Positions 18,717 through 30,416 of a stretch of DNA of 64,000 nt are shown piece after piece. The position numbers and the translations under genes were made by a program. The notes below the pieces were generated by a model. It saw only the letters and a list, made by a program, of their open reading frames with translations, had not been told where the DNA came from and ran no database searches. Source of the DNA: Alphaproteobacteria bacterium (GTDB lineage Bacteria > Pseudomonadota > Alphaproteobacteria > UBA828); contig CBDCRW010000007.1 of assembly GCA_965221125.1 (NCBI GenBank), positions 448,001-512,000 on the forward strand, read 5' to 3'. Numbering within the stretch: position 1 is the first letter of the stretch; every line of letters begins with the position of its first letter.

Positions 18717-20545
18717 TCACTGGTCGAGGGCTTCGGCCTTGCCCGGCTCTTCCCACCAGGCATCGAGAACGGCGCCGTACACCGGGGTGTATTCGGGCCG
18801 GCCGTACTTGTCCCAGTAGGCGAAGCGGTCGTCGTTCAGGTGGTAGAGGGGGATCATGTAGTGGCCCCACATCAGCACGCGGTCCATGGCGCGGACCACG
18901 TCGACGAAGTCGCTGCGCGCGCGCGCTTCCGTCATCTGCGCGATGAGCGCGTCGACGACCGGGTCCTCGATCCCCGGATAGTTGCGGGTGCCTTCCTGCC
19001 CCGCGGCCTCGACGCCCCAGTAGAACGCCTGCTCGTTGCCGGGCGAGAGCGACATGCCCCAGCGGTAGATGATCATGTCGAAGTCGTAGACGTTACGGCG
19101 GTACTGGTACTGCGCCGTGTCCACGGTGCGGACCTTTGCCTCGACGCCGAGGCGCTCGAGATTGCGCGTGAGGTTGAGTGCGATCTTCTCGTTGCCCGGG
19201 TTCACCAGCAGTATCTCGAAGGCCATGGGCAGGCCGTCGGAGGCTCGCCGGAGCGCACCGTCGTCGACGCGCCAGCCGGCCTTGGCCAGCAGGCGGCGGG
19301 CCTGGGCAAGGTTCTTGCGCAGGCCGCCTTCAACTTGAGGTGCGTGGTAGGGGGTATCGAACAGCTCGGGCGGGAGGCTGCCCCGATGGGGCTCCAGCAG
19401 GGCAAGCTCGCCGCCTTCCGGCAGGCCGCGCGAGCCGAGCTCCGAGTTGTCGAAGATGCTGTCGGTGCGCACGTAGGCGCCCTGCAGCAGGTTCCTGTTG
19501 ATCCACTCGAAATCGAAGGCGAGCGAGAGTGCGTAGCGGACCGCGCGATCGGCGAACATCGCGCGCCGCGTGTTGAAGACCAGGGCGAACATGCCGGACG
19601 GCCTGCCGTGCGGCAGCAGCTCAAGCTTGACGCGGCCGTCTTCTGAGGCGGGGAAGTCGTAGCCCGTGGCCCAGCGCGTCGCCGAGCGCTCCTGACGCAG
19701 GTCGTACTCGCCCGCGCGGAAGGCCTCCATCATCACTTCGTCGTCGCGGTAGTAGTCGTAGCTGATGCGGTCGAAATTGCTCAGCCCGCGGTTGATCGGC
19801 AGGTGCCGGCCCCAGTAGTCGGGATCGCGGCGGTAGACGATGCCGCGGCCCGCATCGACGCTCTCGATCTTGTAGGGGCCGCTGCCCATGGGCGGCGTGA
19901 GCGTCGTCTCCTCGAAGGTCACCGAGGCGTAGTAGTCCTTCGAGATGATCGGCATGAGCCCGAGGATCAGCGGCAGCTCGCGGTCCGGCGTCTCGGTATC
20001 GAAGAGGAAGCGCACCGTGCGCGCGTCGGGCCGCTCGATCTTTCGCACCTTGTTGTAGTAGAGCCGGTGGTTGGGGCGGCCCTGCTCCTTCAGCGTCTCC
20101 CACGAGAAGATCACGTCGTCCACGGTGATCGGGCTGCCATCGTGGAAGCGGGCCTCCGGCCGCAAAGTGAAGGCGACGGACGAGCGGTCGTCCGGCACGT
20201 CGACCGTCTCGGCGATCAGCCCGTAGAGCGAGAACGGCTCGTCCCAGGTGCGCTTGAGCAGGCTCTCGAAGACGTGGTGCCGCCCCTGCGCCACCACGCC
20301 CTTGATGATGAACGGGTTGAGATTGTCGAAGGTGCCGGTCACGGCGCGCCGGAGCGCGCCGCCCTTGGGCGCGTCGGGATTGACGTAGTCGAGGTGCTGG
20401 AAGTCCGGGGCGTACTTCGGCGCCCCGTGCATGGCGATGCCGTGGGCGGGCTCCGCCGCCGCCGGGACGCTCCCCAGCGCCAGCGCCGCGAGCAGGACCG
20501 CGGCGGTGAGCGCGCCTGCTGTTCGCCGGCTGTGTCGCGCCCTCA

Positions 20546-20546
<1 letters not shown>
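18717..20546 (-). CDS. YejA-like family 5 extracellular solute-binding protein
   Basis: HGIAMHGAPKY..DF.HLDYVNPDAPKGG, GTFDNLNPFI, SPGNEQ motifs. Confidence 0.9.
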
Positions 20547-21655
<1,109 letters not shown>

Positions 21656-21834
21656 CGCACCCTCCTCGTCGGTGGCGTCAGTTGCGAATCGATCTCACAT
21701 TACTGTCACACCGGGCGCGGGTGCAGTAAAGGTTCCGCGTCGTTCGGCGGTTCGGCTGACCTGCTGCACTAGACATGGGAAATCGAACAACTCACCATGA
21801 CTACGTGGATGGATACCGGATTCCAAGCCTCGTG

Positions 21835-23447
21835 CCCGAATTATTCATGGCAGGTCTGGTTTTGGGGTGGCGGACGTAGCGTAAGTCGTTGCCATCGGGT
21901 AGGAATTCGTTGCCGAGGCGTCTTCCTCTCCGAACAACGAAAATGCCACGCCCGCCATGACCGACGATAGTCTTCTTCCCTTCGATCTGCCAAGCGTCCA
22001 ACGCAAGAAGGTGAGCGCCGCCTTCGACGGCGGCCTGATCTCGTCTGACGGCGGCCTCGTCCTGCTTCGTGAGGCGGAACGCAGCTTGCGCCTGGCCGAG
22101 ACCCTGGCCGGCTGCATCCGCGACCGGCGCAAGCAGGCGCAGGTGATCCACTCGCTCTCGGCCATGCTGCGCTTCCGCATGTTCGCCATTGCGTGTGGCT
22201 ACGAAGATGCCGACGACTGCGACGCGCTGCGCGCGGACCCTCTGTTCAAGCTGGCCTCAGGCAAGGCGCCGGAGAGCGGCCGCGCACTCTGCTCCCAGCC
22301 GACCATGAGCCGCCTGGAGAACGCGCCGTCTCGTATCGAGGTGGCGCGCATGACGGCGGCGCTGGTCGATCTCTTCTGCCGCAGCTTCCAAGCCCCTCCC
22401 GCCGCCATAACCCTTGACATCGACGACACCTGCGATGCGGTGCACGGCCACCAGCAGCTCTCGCTCTTCAACGCTCATTACGACACGCGCTGCTTCCTGC
22501 CCGTCCACGTCTACCATGTGGAAAGCGGCAAGCCGGTGGCGGTCCTCCTGCGCCCGGGCAAGACGCCGTCGGGCCCTGAGGTCCGCACCCTCATCAAGCA
22601 TCTGGTCCGCCGCATCCGCCGCCACTGGCCGCACACCCGGATCGTCTTCCGCGGAGACAGCCACTACGGCCGCCCGGAAGCCATGGCCTGGTGCGAGGAG
22701 AACGGGGTCGACTACATCTTCGGCCTCGCGGGCAACCGCGCGCTGCACGCGCTCGCATACGAGATGGCCGACGATCTCAAGGTGCGCCGCGCCAAGGCCG
22801 GCGCAGACAGGATGCGCAGCTTCACCGCCTTCGACTACGCCGCCCGCTCCTGGAGCTGCGAACGCCGGGTCGTCGCCCGGCTCGAGGCGAGCACCCGCGG
22901 CTTCGATGCCCGCTATGTCGTCACCTCACTCAAGGGCGAGCCCCGCCATCTCTACGAAGACATCTACTGCGCCCGCGGCCAGGCCGAGAACCTGATCAAG
23001 ATGCACAAGGGCCAGCTCGCCTCGGACCGCACCTCCTGCCAGAGCCCGCTCGCCAATCAGCTCAGGCTGGTCCTCCACACCGCAGCCTACTGGCTCATGC
23101 TCGCGCTGCGCGACGCCATTCCCCGCGCCGCGCCGCTCGCCCGTGCAGAGTTTGCAACCCTCAGGCTGCGCCTCCTCAAGATCGGTGCCCGCGTCATCGA
23201 GAAGGCCACCCGCATCCGCATCCACTTCGCCTCGGCCTGCCCCGACGCCGCCCTCTTCCGCCTGCTCGCAGGCCGCCTCGCCGCAGCAGGCCCATGAGCG
23301 ACGGGGCGGCGTGCCCCAATCACCCAGGCTCCATAAACCATCAACCCGATAACGACCATCCTCAGTTCCCGACGCCAAACCGCGTCAGGCCCCGACGCGC
23401 CCAATCAACCGAGCATCAAGTGCAAGGCAGTCCATGAATAGGTCGGG
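21835..23447 (+). mobile_element. IS1380-family insertion sequence
   Basis: IRL CCCGAATTATTCATGG and IRR (reverse complement) CCCGACCTATTCATGG (14/16); 4-bp direct repeat CGTG at 21831-21834 and 23448-23451. Confidence 0.92.
21957..23297 (+). CDS. IS1380-family transposase
   Basis: FDGGLISSDGG, CGYEDADD, SQPTMSRLEN, LDIDDT, RGDS, YCARGQAENLIK. Confidence 0.95.
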   Translation: MTDDSLLPFDLPSVQRKKVSAAFDGGLISSDGGLVLLREAERSLRLAETLAGCIRDRRKQAQVIHSLSAMLRFRMFAIACGYEDADDCDALRADPLFKLASGKAPESGRALCSQPTMSRLENAPSRIEVARMTAALVDLFCRSFQAPPAAITLDIDDTCDAVHGHQQLSLFNAHYDTRCFLPVHVYHVESGKPVAVLLRPGKTPSGPEVRTLIKHLVRRIRRHWPHTRIVFRGDSHYGRPEAMAWCEENGVDYIFGLAGNRALHALAYEMADDLKVRRAKAGADRMRSFTAFDYAARSWSCERRVVARLEASTRGFDARYVVTSLKGEPRHLYEDIYCARGQAENLIKMHKGQLASDRTSCQSPLANQLRLVLHTAAYWLMLALRDAIPRAAPLARAEFATLRLRLLKIGARVIEKATRIRIHFASACPDAALFRLLAGRLAAAGP

Positions 23448-24039
23448 CGTGGCCCTCGCGTCGGGAGTCGTCACAGCTCTTGTCAGCGGTGTCGCGGAGT
23501 ACATTATGAGCGGAGGAGCGTCGACGTGGATACCCCTCTTGGCAGGTCTCGTGGGCGCGTTCGGCGGTTGGACGGTGTCTTATTTTGCCTTCAGCTCCGA
23601 ACGGGAGGGTCAGCCAAGGAGAACTGCGCCAGAATTGATTGATATGATCAGAGAAGATCTAACATCAATTGAAGCGAATAATTTGATCAAGCCGCATATC
23701 GGCTCCAAAATAAAAGCTCACGGGACAGTAATAGATGTAAAAGAATCCATGAGCATGTATCCTTTCTTGTCAAATTTTTCTGTATTTTTTAGAATAGACG
23801 ACGACCACACTGCATTTGCACATTTTAGCCCACTCTATACTTCTAAAATGCGGCGTTTACGAAAAGGCGATTGTGTGTCAGTGATTGGAAGAGTCCAGGG
23901 AGTTGAGACGAGGTACATAACGCTTGGCTCGGCGCGTCTACTCGATTCAGGCCGGGTTGTTCAATAACGAGCGGTCCATTTTCTCGACCAGGAGTCTAGC
24001 TCCGCATCTCGTGACAGGGAGTTCTGGTCGCTCGTTCCC

Positions 24040-25710
24040 CTATCGCTGTTGGTTCTCCCAGTCGGGGTGAATCCAGGGCACGTCGTTGGCCGGCGGCAAC
24101 GGGTCGCGGCCGAGGATGTGATCGGCGGCCTTCTCGCCCACCATGATGCTGGGCCCGTTGAGGTTGCCGTTGGTGATGTGCGGGAAGATCGAGCTGTCGG
24201 CCACCCTGAGCCTGTCGACCCCGATGACGCGGCAGGCCGGATCCACGACCGCGAGCCCGTCGTCGGCCGCGCCCATGCGGCAGGTACCGCAGGGATGGTA
24301 GGCGCTCTCCACGGCGTCCTTCACGAAGTCGTCGAGCGCGTCGTCGCTCTGGATGTCGGCGCCGGGTGCGATCTCGTCCCCCGTGTAGTCCGCGAGCGCC
24401 GGCTGGGACAGGATCTCCCGCGTGAGCCGGATGCAGGCCCGGAAGTTCCGCCAGTCGTCCTCGTGGGACATGTAGTTGAAGAGGATCGAGGGCGCCGCGC
24501 CGGGCTCGGGCGAGGTCAGCCGCACGCGGCCGCGCGATTTCGAGCGCATCGGCCCGACGTGGGTCTGGAAGCCGTGGCCCTCGGCGGCGGCCTTACCGTC
24601 GTAGCGCACGGCGAAGGGCAGGAAGTGGTACTGGATGTCCGGGTACTTCACGCCGGCACGGGAGCGGATGAAGCCGCAGGATTCGAAGTGGTTGGTGGCG
24701 CCGAGGCCGTCCCGGAAGAGGAGCCAGCGGGCGCCGATCAGGCCCTTGGAGACGAGGTTCCAGTGGCGATAGAGCGTGATCGGCTGGCGGCACTTCACCT
24801 GGAGGTAGATCTCGAGATGGTCCTGCAGGTTGGCGCCGACGCCGGGCCGGTCGGCGATCACATCGACGCCGTGCTCCTGCAGGTGCTCGCCAGGGCCGAT
24901 GCCGGAGAGCATGAGTATCTTCGGCGAGTTGATGGAGGACGCCGCGAGGATGACCTCGCCCCTGGCGCCGACGCGACGGACCGCGCCGCCGGTCTCGTAC
25001 TCGACGCCGGTGGCGCGCCCGCCTTCGACGATCACGCGGCGAACGTGGGCGTGGGCCTTCAGCCTGAGGTTGCGGCGTTGCAGCGCCGGCTTGAGATAGG
25101 CGTTGGCGGCTGACCAGCGGCGGCCCCGCCACACGGTCATCTCCATCGCGCCGAATCCTTCCTGGCGCTCGCCGTTGTAATCCTCGGTCGCGGCGTAGCC
25201 GGCTTCCTCGCCTGCCTCGATGAAACGCCTGTAGAGCGGGTTCTGCATGCGCCCGCGCATGACGTGGAGCGGGCCGTCCGCGCCCCGCCATCCGGCCTGC
25301 CCGCCGTGGGCGCTCTCCATGCGCCGGTAATAGGGCAGCACGTGGCGGTAGCCCCAGCCCGCCGCGCCCAGCTCCTCCCAGGTGTCGAAGTCGCAGGCGT
25401 GGCCGCGCACGTAGACCATGCCGTTGACCGAAGACGAGCCGCCCACCACCTTGCCGCGCGGCGTGGCGAGGCGGCGCCCGCCGAGGTGGGGTTCGGGCTC
25501 AGTCACGAAGCCCCAGTCGTAGCGCGGCATGTTCATGGGGTAGGAGAGGGCGGCCGGCATCTGGATGAGGGGGCCCGCGTCGGTCCCGCCATGCTCCAGC
25601 ACCAGGACGCGGTTCTTGGGATCCTCCGAGAGCCGCGCGGCGAGCACGGAGCCGGCGGAGCCCGAGCCTACGATCACGTAGTCGAACTCGTCGTCGTAAC
25701 TCCCGTTCAT
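24040..25710 (-). CDS. betA: Choline dehydrogenase
   Basis: GMC oxidoreductase: [50 protein letters not shown]. Confidence 0.95.
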   Translation of the reverse strand: MNGSYDDEFDYVIVGSGSAGSVLAARLSEDPKNRVLVLEHGGTDAGPLIQMPAALSYPMNMPRYDWGFVTEPEPHLGGRRLATPRGKVVGGSSSVNGMVYVRGHACDFDTWEELGAAGWGYRHVLPYYRRMESAHGGQAGWRGADGPLHVMRGRMQNPLYRRFIEAGEEAGYAATEDYNGERQEGFGAMEMTVWRGRRWSAANAYLKPALQRRNLRLKAHAHVRRVIVEGGRATGVEYETGGAVRRVGARGEVILAASSINSPKILMLSGIGPGEHLQEHGVDVIADRPGVGANLQDHLEIYLQVKCRQPITLYRHWNLVSKGLIGARWLLFRDGLGATNHFESCGFIRSRAGVKYPDIQYHFLPFAVRYDGKAAAEGHGFQTHVGPMRSKSRGRVRLTSPEPGAAPSILFNYMSHEDDWRNFRACIRLTREILSQPALADYTGDEIAPGADIQSDDALDDFVKDAVESAYHPCGTCRMGAADDGLAVVDPACRVIGVDRLRVADSSIFPHITNGNLNGPSIMVGEKAADHILGRDPLPPANDVPWIHPDWENQQR

Positions 25711-25734
25711 CAAGGTGATTCGCCCCTCCGCAAC

Positions 25735-26316
25735 TCAGCGCGGCGCGAGCTGGCTGTCGATATGCGCTTCCATGATCGCCACCGAGCTCACGCCGCAGGG
25801 CTCCGTGTCGCCGAGCACGCGGCGCAGCCACAGGCCGTCGATCATGGCGGCGGTGGATTCGGCGGCGACCTCCGCCGACTCGCGCGTCGGCAGCTGCCGG
25901 TACTCGTGGCGCAGGTTGCTGATCAGCCGGCGCTGGTAGATGAGAAGAAGCCGGCGGACTTCAGGCTCCGTGAGCGCCTGGACGTAGAACGTGAGCCAGG
26001 CGGAGATCACCTCGGGCTGGAGCTGCTCGTCGCAGAAGCTGCCGTCCACGATCGCGGACAGCCGCTCGCGCGGAGTCCCGGCTTCGCGCAGCCGCTCGCG
26101 CACGCCCGCGCCGAACTCGATGAGGAGGTGGCGCATGGTGGCGATGAAGAGGGCGCTCTTGGAGCCGAAGTAGTGGTGGACGAGCCCCTGGGACAGGCCG
26201 GCCTCGCGCGCGACGTCGCCGGTCGTCAGGTCGACGAACCCGCGGTCGTGGATGCTCCGTATGGCGGCTTCGACGAAGGCGCGCCGGCGCTTGGGCGCCA
26301 CTCCGGTCTTTGGCAT
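25735..26316 (-). CDS. betI: Choline-responsive TetR repressor
   Basis: MPKTGV..RR, GLVHHYFGSK, AWLTFY, IYQRRL.SNL, AAMIDGLWLR. Confidence 0.92.
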   Translation of the reverse strand: MPKTGVAPKRRRAFVEAAIRSIHDRGFVDLTTGDVAREAGLSQGLVHHYFGSKSALFIATMRHLLIEFGAGVRERLREAGTPRERLSAIVDGSFCDEQLQPEVISAWLTFYVQALTEPEVRRLLLIYQRRLISNLRHEYRQLPTRESAEVAAESTAAMIDGLWLRRVLGDTEPCGVSSVAIMEAHIDSQLAPR

Positions 26317-26346
26317 CGGTTGCTCCTGTGCCCTCAATGATTATAT

Positions 26347-26366
26347 TTGGTTGGTTGACCAATCAA
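26347..26366. promoter_or_regulatory. Probable BetI operator
   Basis: Imperfect palindrome TTGGTTGGTTGACCAATCAA in the AT-rich spacer between divergent betI and choX. Confidence 0.65.
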
Positions 26367-26416
26367 GAAAAAGTTGCGAGAGTCCGCCGAACCTATCGAG
26401 CTTGAGGGAGGGTGCA

Positions 26417-27367
26417 ATGCACATTCGGATGACATCCGCAATCGCCGCCATCGCCATGGGCGCCGCGGCCTTCGCGGGCAATGCCTACGCCGACGATGCC
26501 GCCACCTGCAGCGAGGTGGAATTCTCGGACGTCGGCTGGAGCTGCATCACGGCGACCACCGCCGTGGCGACCACCGTCCTGGAGGGTCTCGGCTACGAGC
26601 CGAAGGCGACGGTGCTTTCGGTGCCGGTGACCTTCGCCAGCCTTTCCAACGGCGACATCGACGCCTTCCTCGGCCTCTGGCTGCCGACCCAGCAGAGCAT
26701 GATCGACCCCTATTTCAACGACGGCACCGTGGAGAACGTGGGCGTGAACCTCGAGGGCGCCAAGTACACCCTCGCCGTGCCCACCTACGTCCACGAGGCC
26801 GGGGTCAAGACCTTCGCCGACATCGCGGCGCATGCCGACAAGTTCGACAGCAAGTTCTACGGCATCGAGCCGGGCAACGACGGCAACATGATCATCCAGG
26901 GCATGATCGACGACAACGCCTTTGGCCTCAGCGGCTTCGAGGTCGTGGAATCGAGCGAGCAGGGCATGCTCAGCCAGGTCGAGGCCGCGGTGAGGAGCAA
27001 CGAGTGGATCGTCTTCCTCGGCTGGGAGCCGCATCCCATGAACCGCCGCTTCGACATGAGCTACCTCGATGGCGGCGACGACTACTTCGGCGCCAACTTC
27101 GGCGGCGCCACGGTCTACACGCTGGCCCATGCCGGCTACACCGAGGCCTGCCCCAACGTCGGCGCCCTGCTGAAGAACTTAAAGTTCAGCTTGGCGCTTG
27201 AGAACGAGATGATGGGCTATATGCTCGACGACGGGATGGACCCGCAGGCGGCCGCCCGGAAGCTCGTCGAGATGCACCCGGAGCTGGTCGACGAATGGCT
27301 CACGGGCGTGACCACGCTGGACGGTCAGGATGGCGCGGCTGCCGTGAAGGCCCATCTCGCCATGTAG
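26417..27367 (+). CDS. choX: Choline ABC transporter substrate-binding protein
   Basis: SDVGW, LSVPVT, NLEGAKYTLAVP, YGIEPGNDGN, ESSEQGML, LGWEPHPMN. Confidence 0.9.
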   Translation: MHIRMTSAIAAIAMGAAAFAGNAYADDAATCSEVEFSDVGWSCITATTAVATTVLEGLGYEPKATVLSVPVTFASLSNGDIDAFLGLWLPTQQSMIDPYFNDGTVENVGVNLEGAKYTLAVPTYVHEAGVKTFADIAAHADKFDSKFYGIEPGNDGNMIIQGMIDDNAFGLSGFEVVESSEQGMLSQVEAAVRSNEWIVFLGWEPHPMNRRFDMSYLDGGDDYFGANFGGATVYTLAHAGYTEACPNVGALLKNLKFSLALENEMMGYMLDDGMDPQAAARKLVEMHPELVDEWLTGVTTLDGQDGAAAVKAHLAM

Positions 27368-27463
27368 CGATCGATCACGCGGGCGGCCCGGCGGGCCGAA
27401 TTCGCGGGCGGTCGGCGCTGAGAGGCGCCGGCCGCCTGTCCCGTCCGGTCGGGGAGGGGCGTC

Positions 27464-28339
27464 ATGGGCACCGACGATCTCGGAGTGCTCACCGAGAAAG
27501 TTCCGATCGGCAAGTGGGTCGCCAACGCCGTCGAGTTCATCAAGGATAACTTCTTCGAGGAACTTCGGGCTTTCTCCGGTGCCGGCAAGTGGGTGCTGGA
27601 AGGCTGTGTCGACCTTCTCCTCCTGATTCCGCCGCTCGTCCTCGTTGCCCTCGTCGCCGGGCTGGCCTACTGGCTGCACCGCAGCATCCTGCTCGTGGTC
27701 GGCGTCGTGGTCGGCCTGCTGCTGATCCTCAACATCGGCTACTGGGAGGAGATGCTGTTCACGGTGGTGCTGGTCATGGCCTCCACCGTGGTGTGCATGC
27801 TGGTGGGCGTGCCCATCGGCATCGCGGCGGCGCACCGGCCCTGGCTCTACCGGGCGCTGCGGCCGATCCTCGACCTGATGCAGACCGTCCCACCCTTCGT
27901 CTACCTGATCCCGACGCTCTCCTTCTTCGGACTGGGGCTGGTTCCGGGCCTTATCTCCACCGTGATCTTCGTCATTCCGGCGCCGATCCGGCTCACCCAT
28001 CTCGGCATCTCCAGCGCGCCGCGGCCGCTGCTCGAGGCGGGCCGCGCCTTCGGCGCCAGCGACCTGCAGCTCCTGCTCAAGGTGGAGTTGCCCCACGCGA
28101 TGCCGAACATCATGCAGGGGATCACGCAAAGCATCATGCTCTCGCTGTCCATGGTGGTGATCGCCGCGCTGGTGGGCGCCCCCGGCTTCGGCGTTCCCGT
28201 GGTGCGGGCGCTGGCCACGGCCAATGTCGCGCAGGGCTTCGAGGCAGGGCTCGCGATCGTGATCGTCGCCATCGTGCTCGACCGCATCGTGAAGCAGGTC
28301 GAGCGGCGCAAGGGGCGGAGCGGTAGCGCGGCGCGCTGA
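27464..28339 (+). CDS. choW: Choline ABC transporter permease
   Basis: ProW-type: PILDLMQT.P.FVYLIP, LLKVELP.AMP, LSMVVIAALVGA. Confidence 0.9.
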   Translation: MGTDDLGVLTEKVPIGKWVANAVEFIKDNFFEELRAFSGAGKWVLEGCVDLLLLIPPLVLVALVAGLAYWLHRSILLVVGVVVGLLLILNIGYWEEMLFTVVLVMASTVVCMLVGVPIGIAAAHRPWLYRALRPILDLMQTVPPFVYLIPTLSFFGLGLVPGLISTVIFVIPAPIRLTHLGISSAPRPLLEAGRAFGASDLQLLLKVELPHAMPNIMQGITQSIMLSLSMVVIAALVGAPGFGVPVVRALATANVAQGFEAGLAIVIVAIVLDRIVKQVERRKGRSGSAAR

Positions 28340-29589
28340 TGGCGGTCATCACCTTCGATCGCGTCGACGTCGTCTTCGGCCGGCGGGTCAAGGATGCGCT
28401 GGCGCTGCTCGACGCCGGCGCGGACAAGGACCGCATCTTCGAGGAGACCGGCCAGGTGGTGGGCGTGCAGGACGCCTCGCTCCAGGTCGAGGCCGGAGAG
28501 ATCTTCGTGCTCATGGGGCTCTCCGGCTCGGGCAAGTCGACGCTGCTCCGCTGCGTCAACGGCCTCAACCGGGCGACGCGCGGCCGGGTCCTGATCGACG
28601 ACGGCGGCACGCAAGTCGACGTCACCGACTGCGATCCCAACCTGATGCGCAGGCTCCGCATGAACCGCGTCTCCATGGTCTTCCAGCAGTTCGCGCTGAT
28701 GCCGTGGCGGACCATCGGCGCCAACGTCGCCTTCGGGCTCGAGGTGCGCGGCGTGCCCAAGGCCGAGCGGCGTGCGCGCGTGGCGGAGGTGCTGGAGCAG
28801 GTGAGTCTGGGGTCGTGGCTCGACCACTATCCGCACGAGCTTTCCGGCGGAATGCAGCAGCGCGTGGGGCTCGCGCGCGCCATGGCGACCGATGCCGAGA
28901 TCCTGCTGATGGACGAGCCGTTCTCGGCCCTCGATCCGCTTATCCGCGAGCGCCTGCAGGACGAGCTGCTGGCGCTGCAGAAGACGCTGCGGCGCACCAT
29001 CCTGTTCGTGAGCCACGACCTCGACGAGGCGCTCAAGATCGGCTCGCGGATCGCCATCATGGAGGGCGGGCGCATCATCCAGGTGGGCCCGCCCGAAAAA
29101 ATCGTCACCGAGCCGGCGACCGAGTACGTGCGCCAGTTCGTCGCCAACGTGAACCCGCTCAACGTGCTGCGCGGCGTCTCGCTGATGCGGCCGCTGGCTT
29201 CGCTCCAGAGCGAGGACGGCATCCACCTGCTCGACGACGCATCGGCCATGTTCTGCCGGCTGGACGCGGAGGGGCGACCGGAGGCACTCAGCCTGGAAGG
29301 CACGCGGGCCGTGCTCGTGCCCTACCGTGACGGCCTCGATCTTGCCGCGCTCGGCAACGGTACGATCGTCGCCGGCAGCCCCGAGACGACCATGCGCACC
29401 GCCCTGGAGGTGCGCCACGAGACCGGGCGGGCGATGCCGCTGGTCGACGACGAGGGCCGGCTCATCGGCGTGATCGGCGCCGCCGAGCTGCTGGCGGCGC
29501 TGGTGCACCGGGGGGCTGGTCCCGCACCGGACGACGGAGAGGCAGACACAGACGCGGGCGTTCCGCCACCGCCCGACGGGCTGGGATGA
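28339..29589 (+). CDS. choV: Choline ABC transporter ATP-binding protein
   Basis: MGLSGSGKST, LSGGMQQRVGLARA, DEPFSALDPLIR. Confidence 0.9.
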   Translation: MAVITFDRVDVVFGRRVKDALALLDAGADKDRIFEETGQVVGVQDASLQVEAGEIFVLMGLSGSGKSTLLRCVNGLNRATRGRVLIDDGGTQVDVTDCDPNLMRRLRMNRVSMVFQQFALMPWRTIGANVAFGLEVRGVPKAERRARVAEVLEQVSLGSWLDHYPHELSGGMQQRVGLARAMATDAEILLMDEPFSALDPLIRERLQDELLALQKTLRRTILFVSHDLDEALKIGSRIAIMEGGRIIQVGPPEKIVTEPATEYVRQFVANVNPLNVLRGVSLMRPLASLQSEDGIHLLDDASAMFCRLDAEGRPEALSLEGTRAVLVPYRDGLDLAALGNGTIVAGSPETTMRTALEVRHETGRAMPLVDDEGRLIGVIGAAELLAALVHRGAGPAPDDGEADTDAGVPPPPDGLG

Positions 29590-29600
29590 GGGAGAGACTC

Positions 29601-30413
29601 ATGGCACGCAGGTTCCGCACGCTCGCTCTGGTCCTGCTCGCGCTCGTCGCGGCCCCGGTTGCGGCCTCGGCGCACTACGTCGACCTGAACCAGGCGCTGC
29701 ACAGCAGGAACACGCTGACCGTCGGCGTCGCGCTCACCGGCCAGCCCTTCGCCTACAAGAGGGACGGCGTGGTGCGCGGCTTCGAAGTGGAGATGGCGGA
29801 AGCCGTCGCCGAGGCCCACGGGCTCGCGCTGGAGGTCGTCCGCCTGCCGCGCGCGAAGCTGGCGGCCGCGCTCGCTGCGGGGGAGGTCGACATCGCCAAC
29901 ACGCTCGCCTTGGAGGCGGAGCCGGCGGACGTGAAGACCGTGCCCTATCTCGTGATCGGCGACCACCTGATGGTGCTGCGAGGCAATCCGTTCCGCATCC
30001 GCGCGGCGGGCGACCTGAGCGGCCGTGTCGCCTCGGTCACCTCTGGCTCGACCGGCGAAGAATTCGCCCACGCGCTCAACCGGGCGTTCGAGGAGTCGGG
30101 CCGCGCGCCCATGCACGTCCACTCCTTCCCCCATCACCGCTGGACCCACTTCCCCGTCTCCATGGGGCACGCGCAGGGCTACTTCATCCAGACAGTAAGC
30201 GCGGTCGCGATCAGCGCCGACCCGGAATCCCGCACCCACATGCTCGACGGGGTGTTTCAGCCCGTGCGCGAGGTGGGCTTCGCCGTGCGCGCGGACAACG
30301 ACAAGCTGCACCACGCGGTGGAGCATGCCGTGGCCGCCATGGTCGCCACCGGCAAGTACCGGCGCCTGCGCGAGTCCTACGGCCTGCCGGTCGAGCTGTC
30401 GCCCTACCGTTAG
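29601..30413 (+). CDS. Amino-acid ABC (family 3) substrate-binding protein
   Basis: Signal peptide; LTVGV...PF...GFEVEMAEAVA; M.ATGKY..L...Y. Confidence 0.75.
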   Translation: MARRFRTLALVLLALVAAPVAASAHYVDLNQALHSRNTLTVGVALTGQPFAYKRDGVVRGFEVEMAEAVAEAHGLALEVVRLPRAKLAAALAAGEVDIANTLALEAEPADVKTVPYLVIGDHLMVLRGNPFRIRAAGDLSGRVASVTSGSTGEEFAHALNRAFEESGRAPMHVHSFPHHRWTHFPVSMGHAQGYFIQTVSAVAISADPESRTHMLDGVFQPVREVGFAVRADNDKLHHAVEHAVAAMVATGKYRRLRESYGLPVELSPYR

Positions 30414-30416
30414 CCG

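Larger units (their letters stand above)
21775..23967 (+). pseudogene. Lower-GC membrane-anchored OB-fold-like gene interrupted by IS1380
   Basis: Removing 21835-23447 plus one CGTG copy gives a continuous ORF MGNRTTHHDYVDGYRIPSLV-ALASGVVT...; two TM segments and a C-terminal G.VIDV...LRKGDCVSVIGRV. Confidence 0.72.

Noticed and set aside
21683-21699. CRP/FNR-like site TGCGA-N7-TCACA upstream of frmA
   Set aside because: Spacer is 7 rather than 6 nt; a single weak instance.
21769-23999. CTAGAC...GTCTAG inverted hexamer bounding the OB-fold islet
   Set aside because: Only 6 bp with no further symmetry; not distinguishable from chance.
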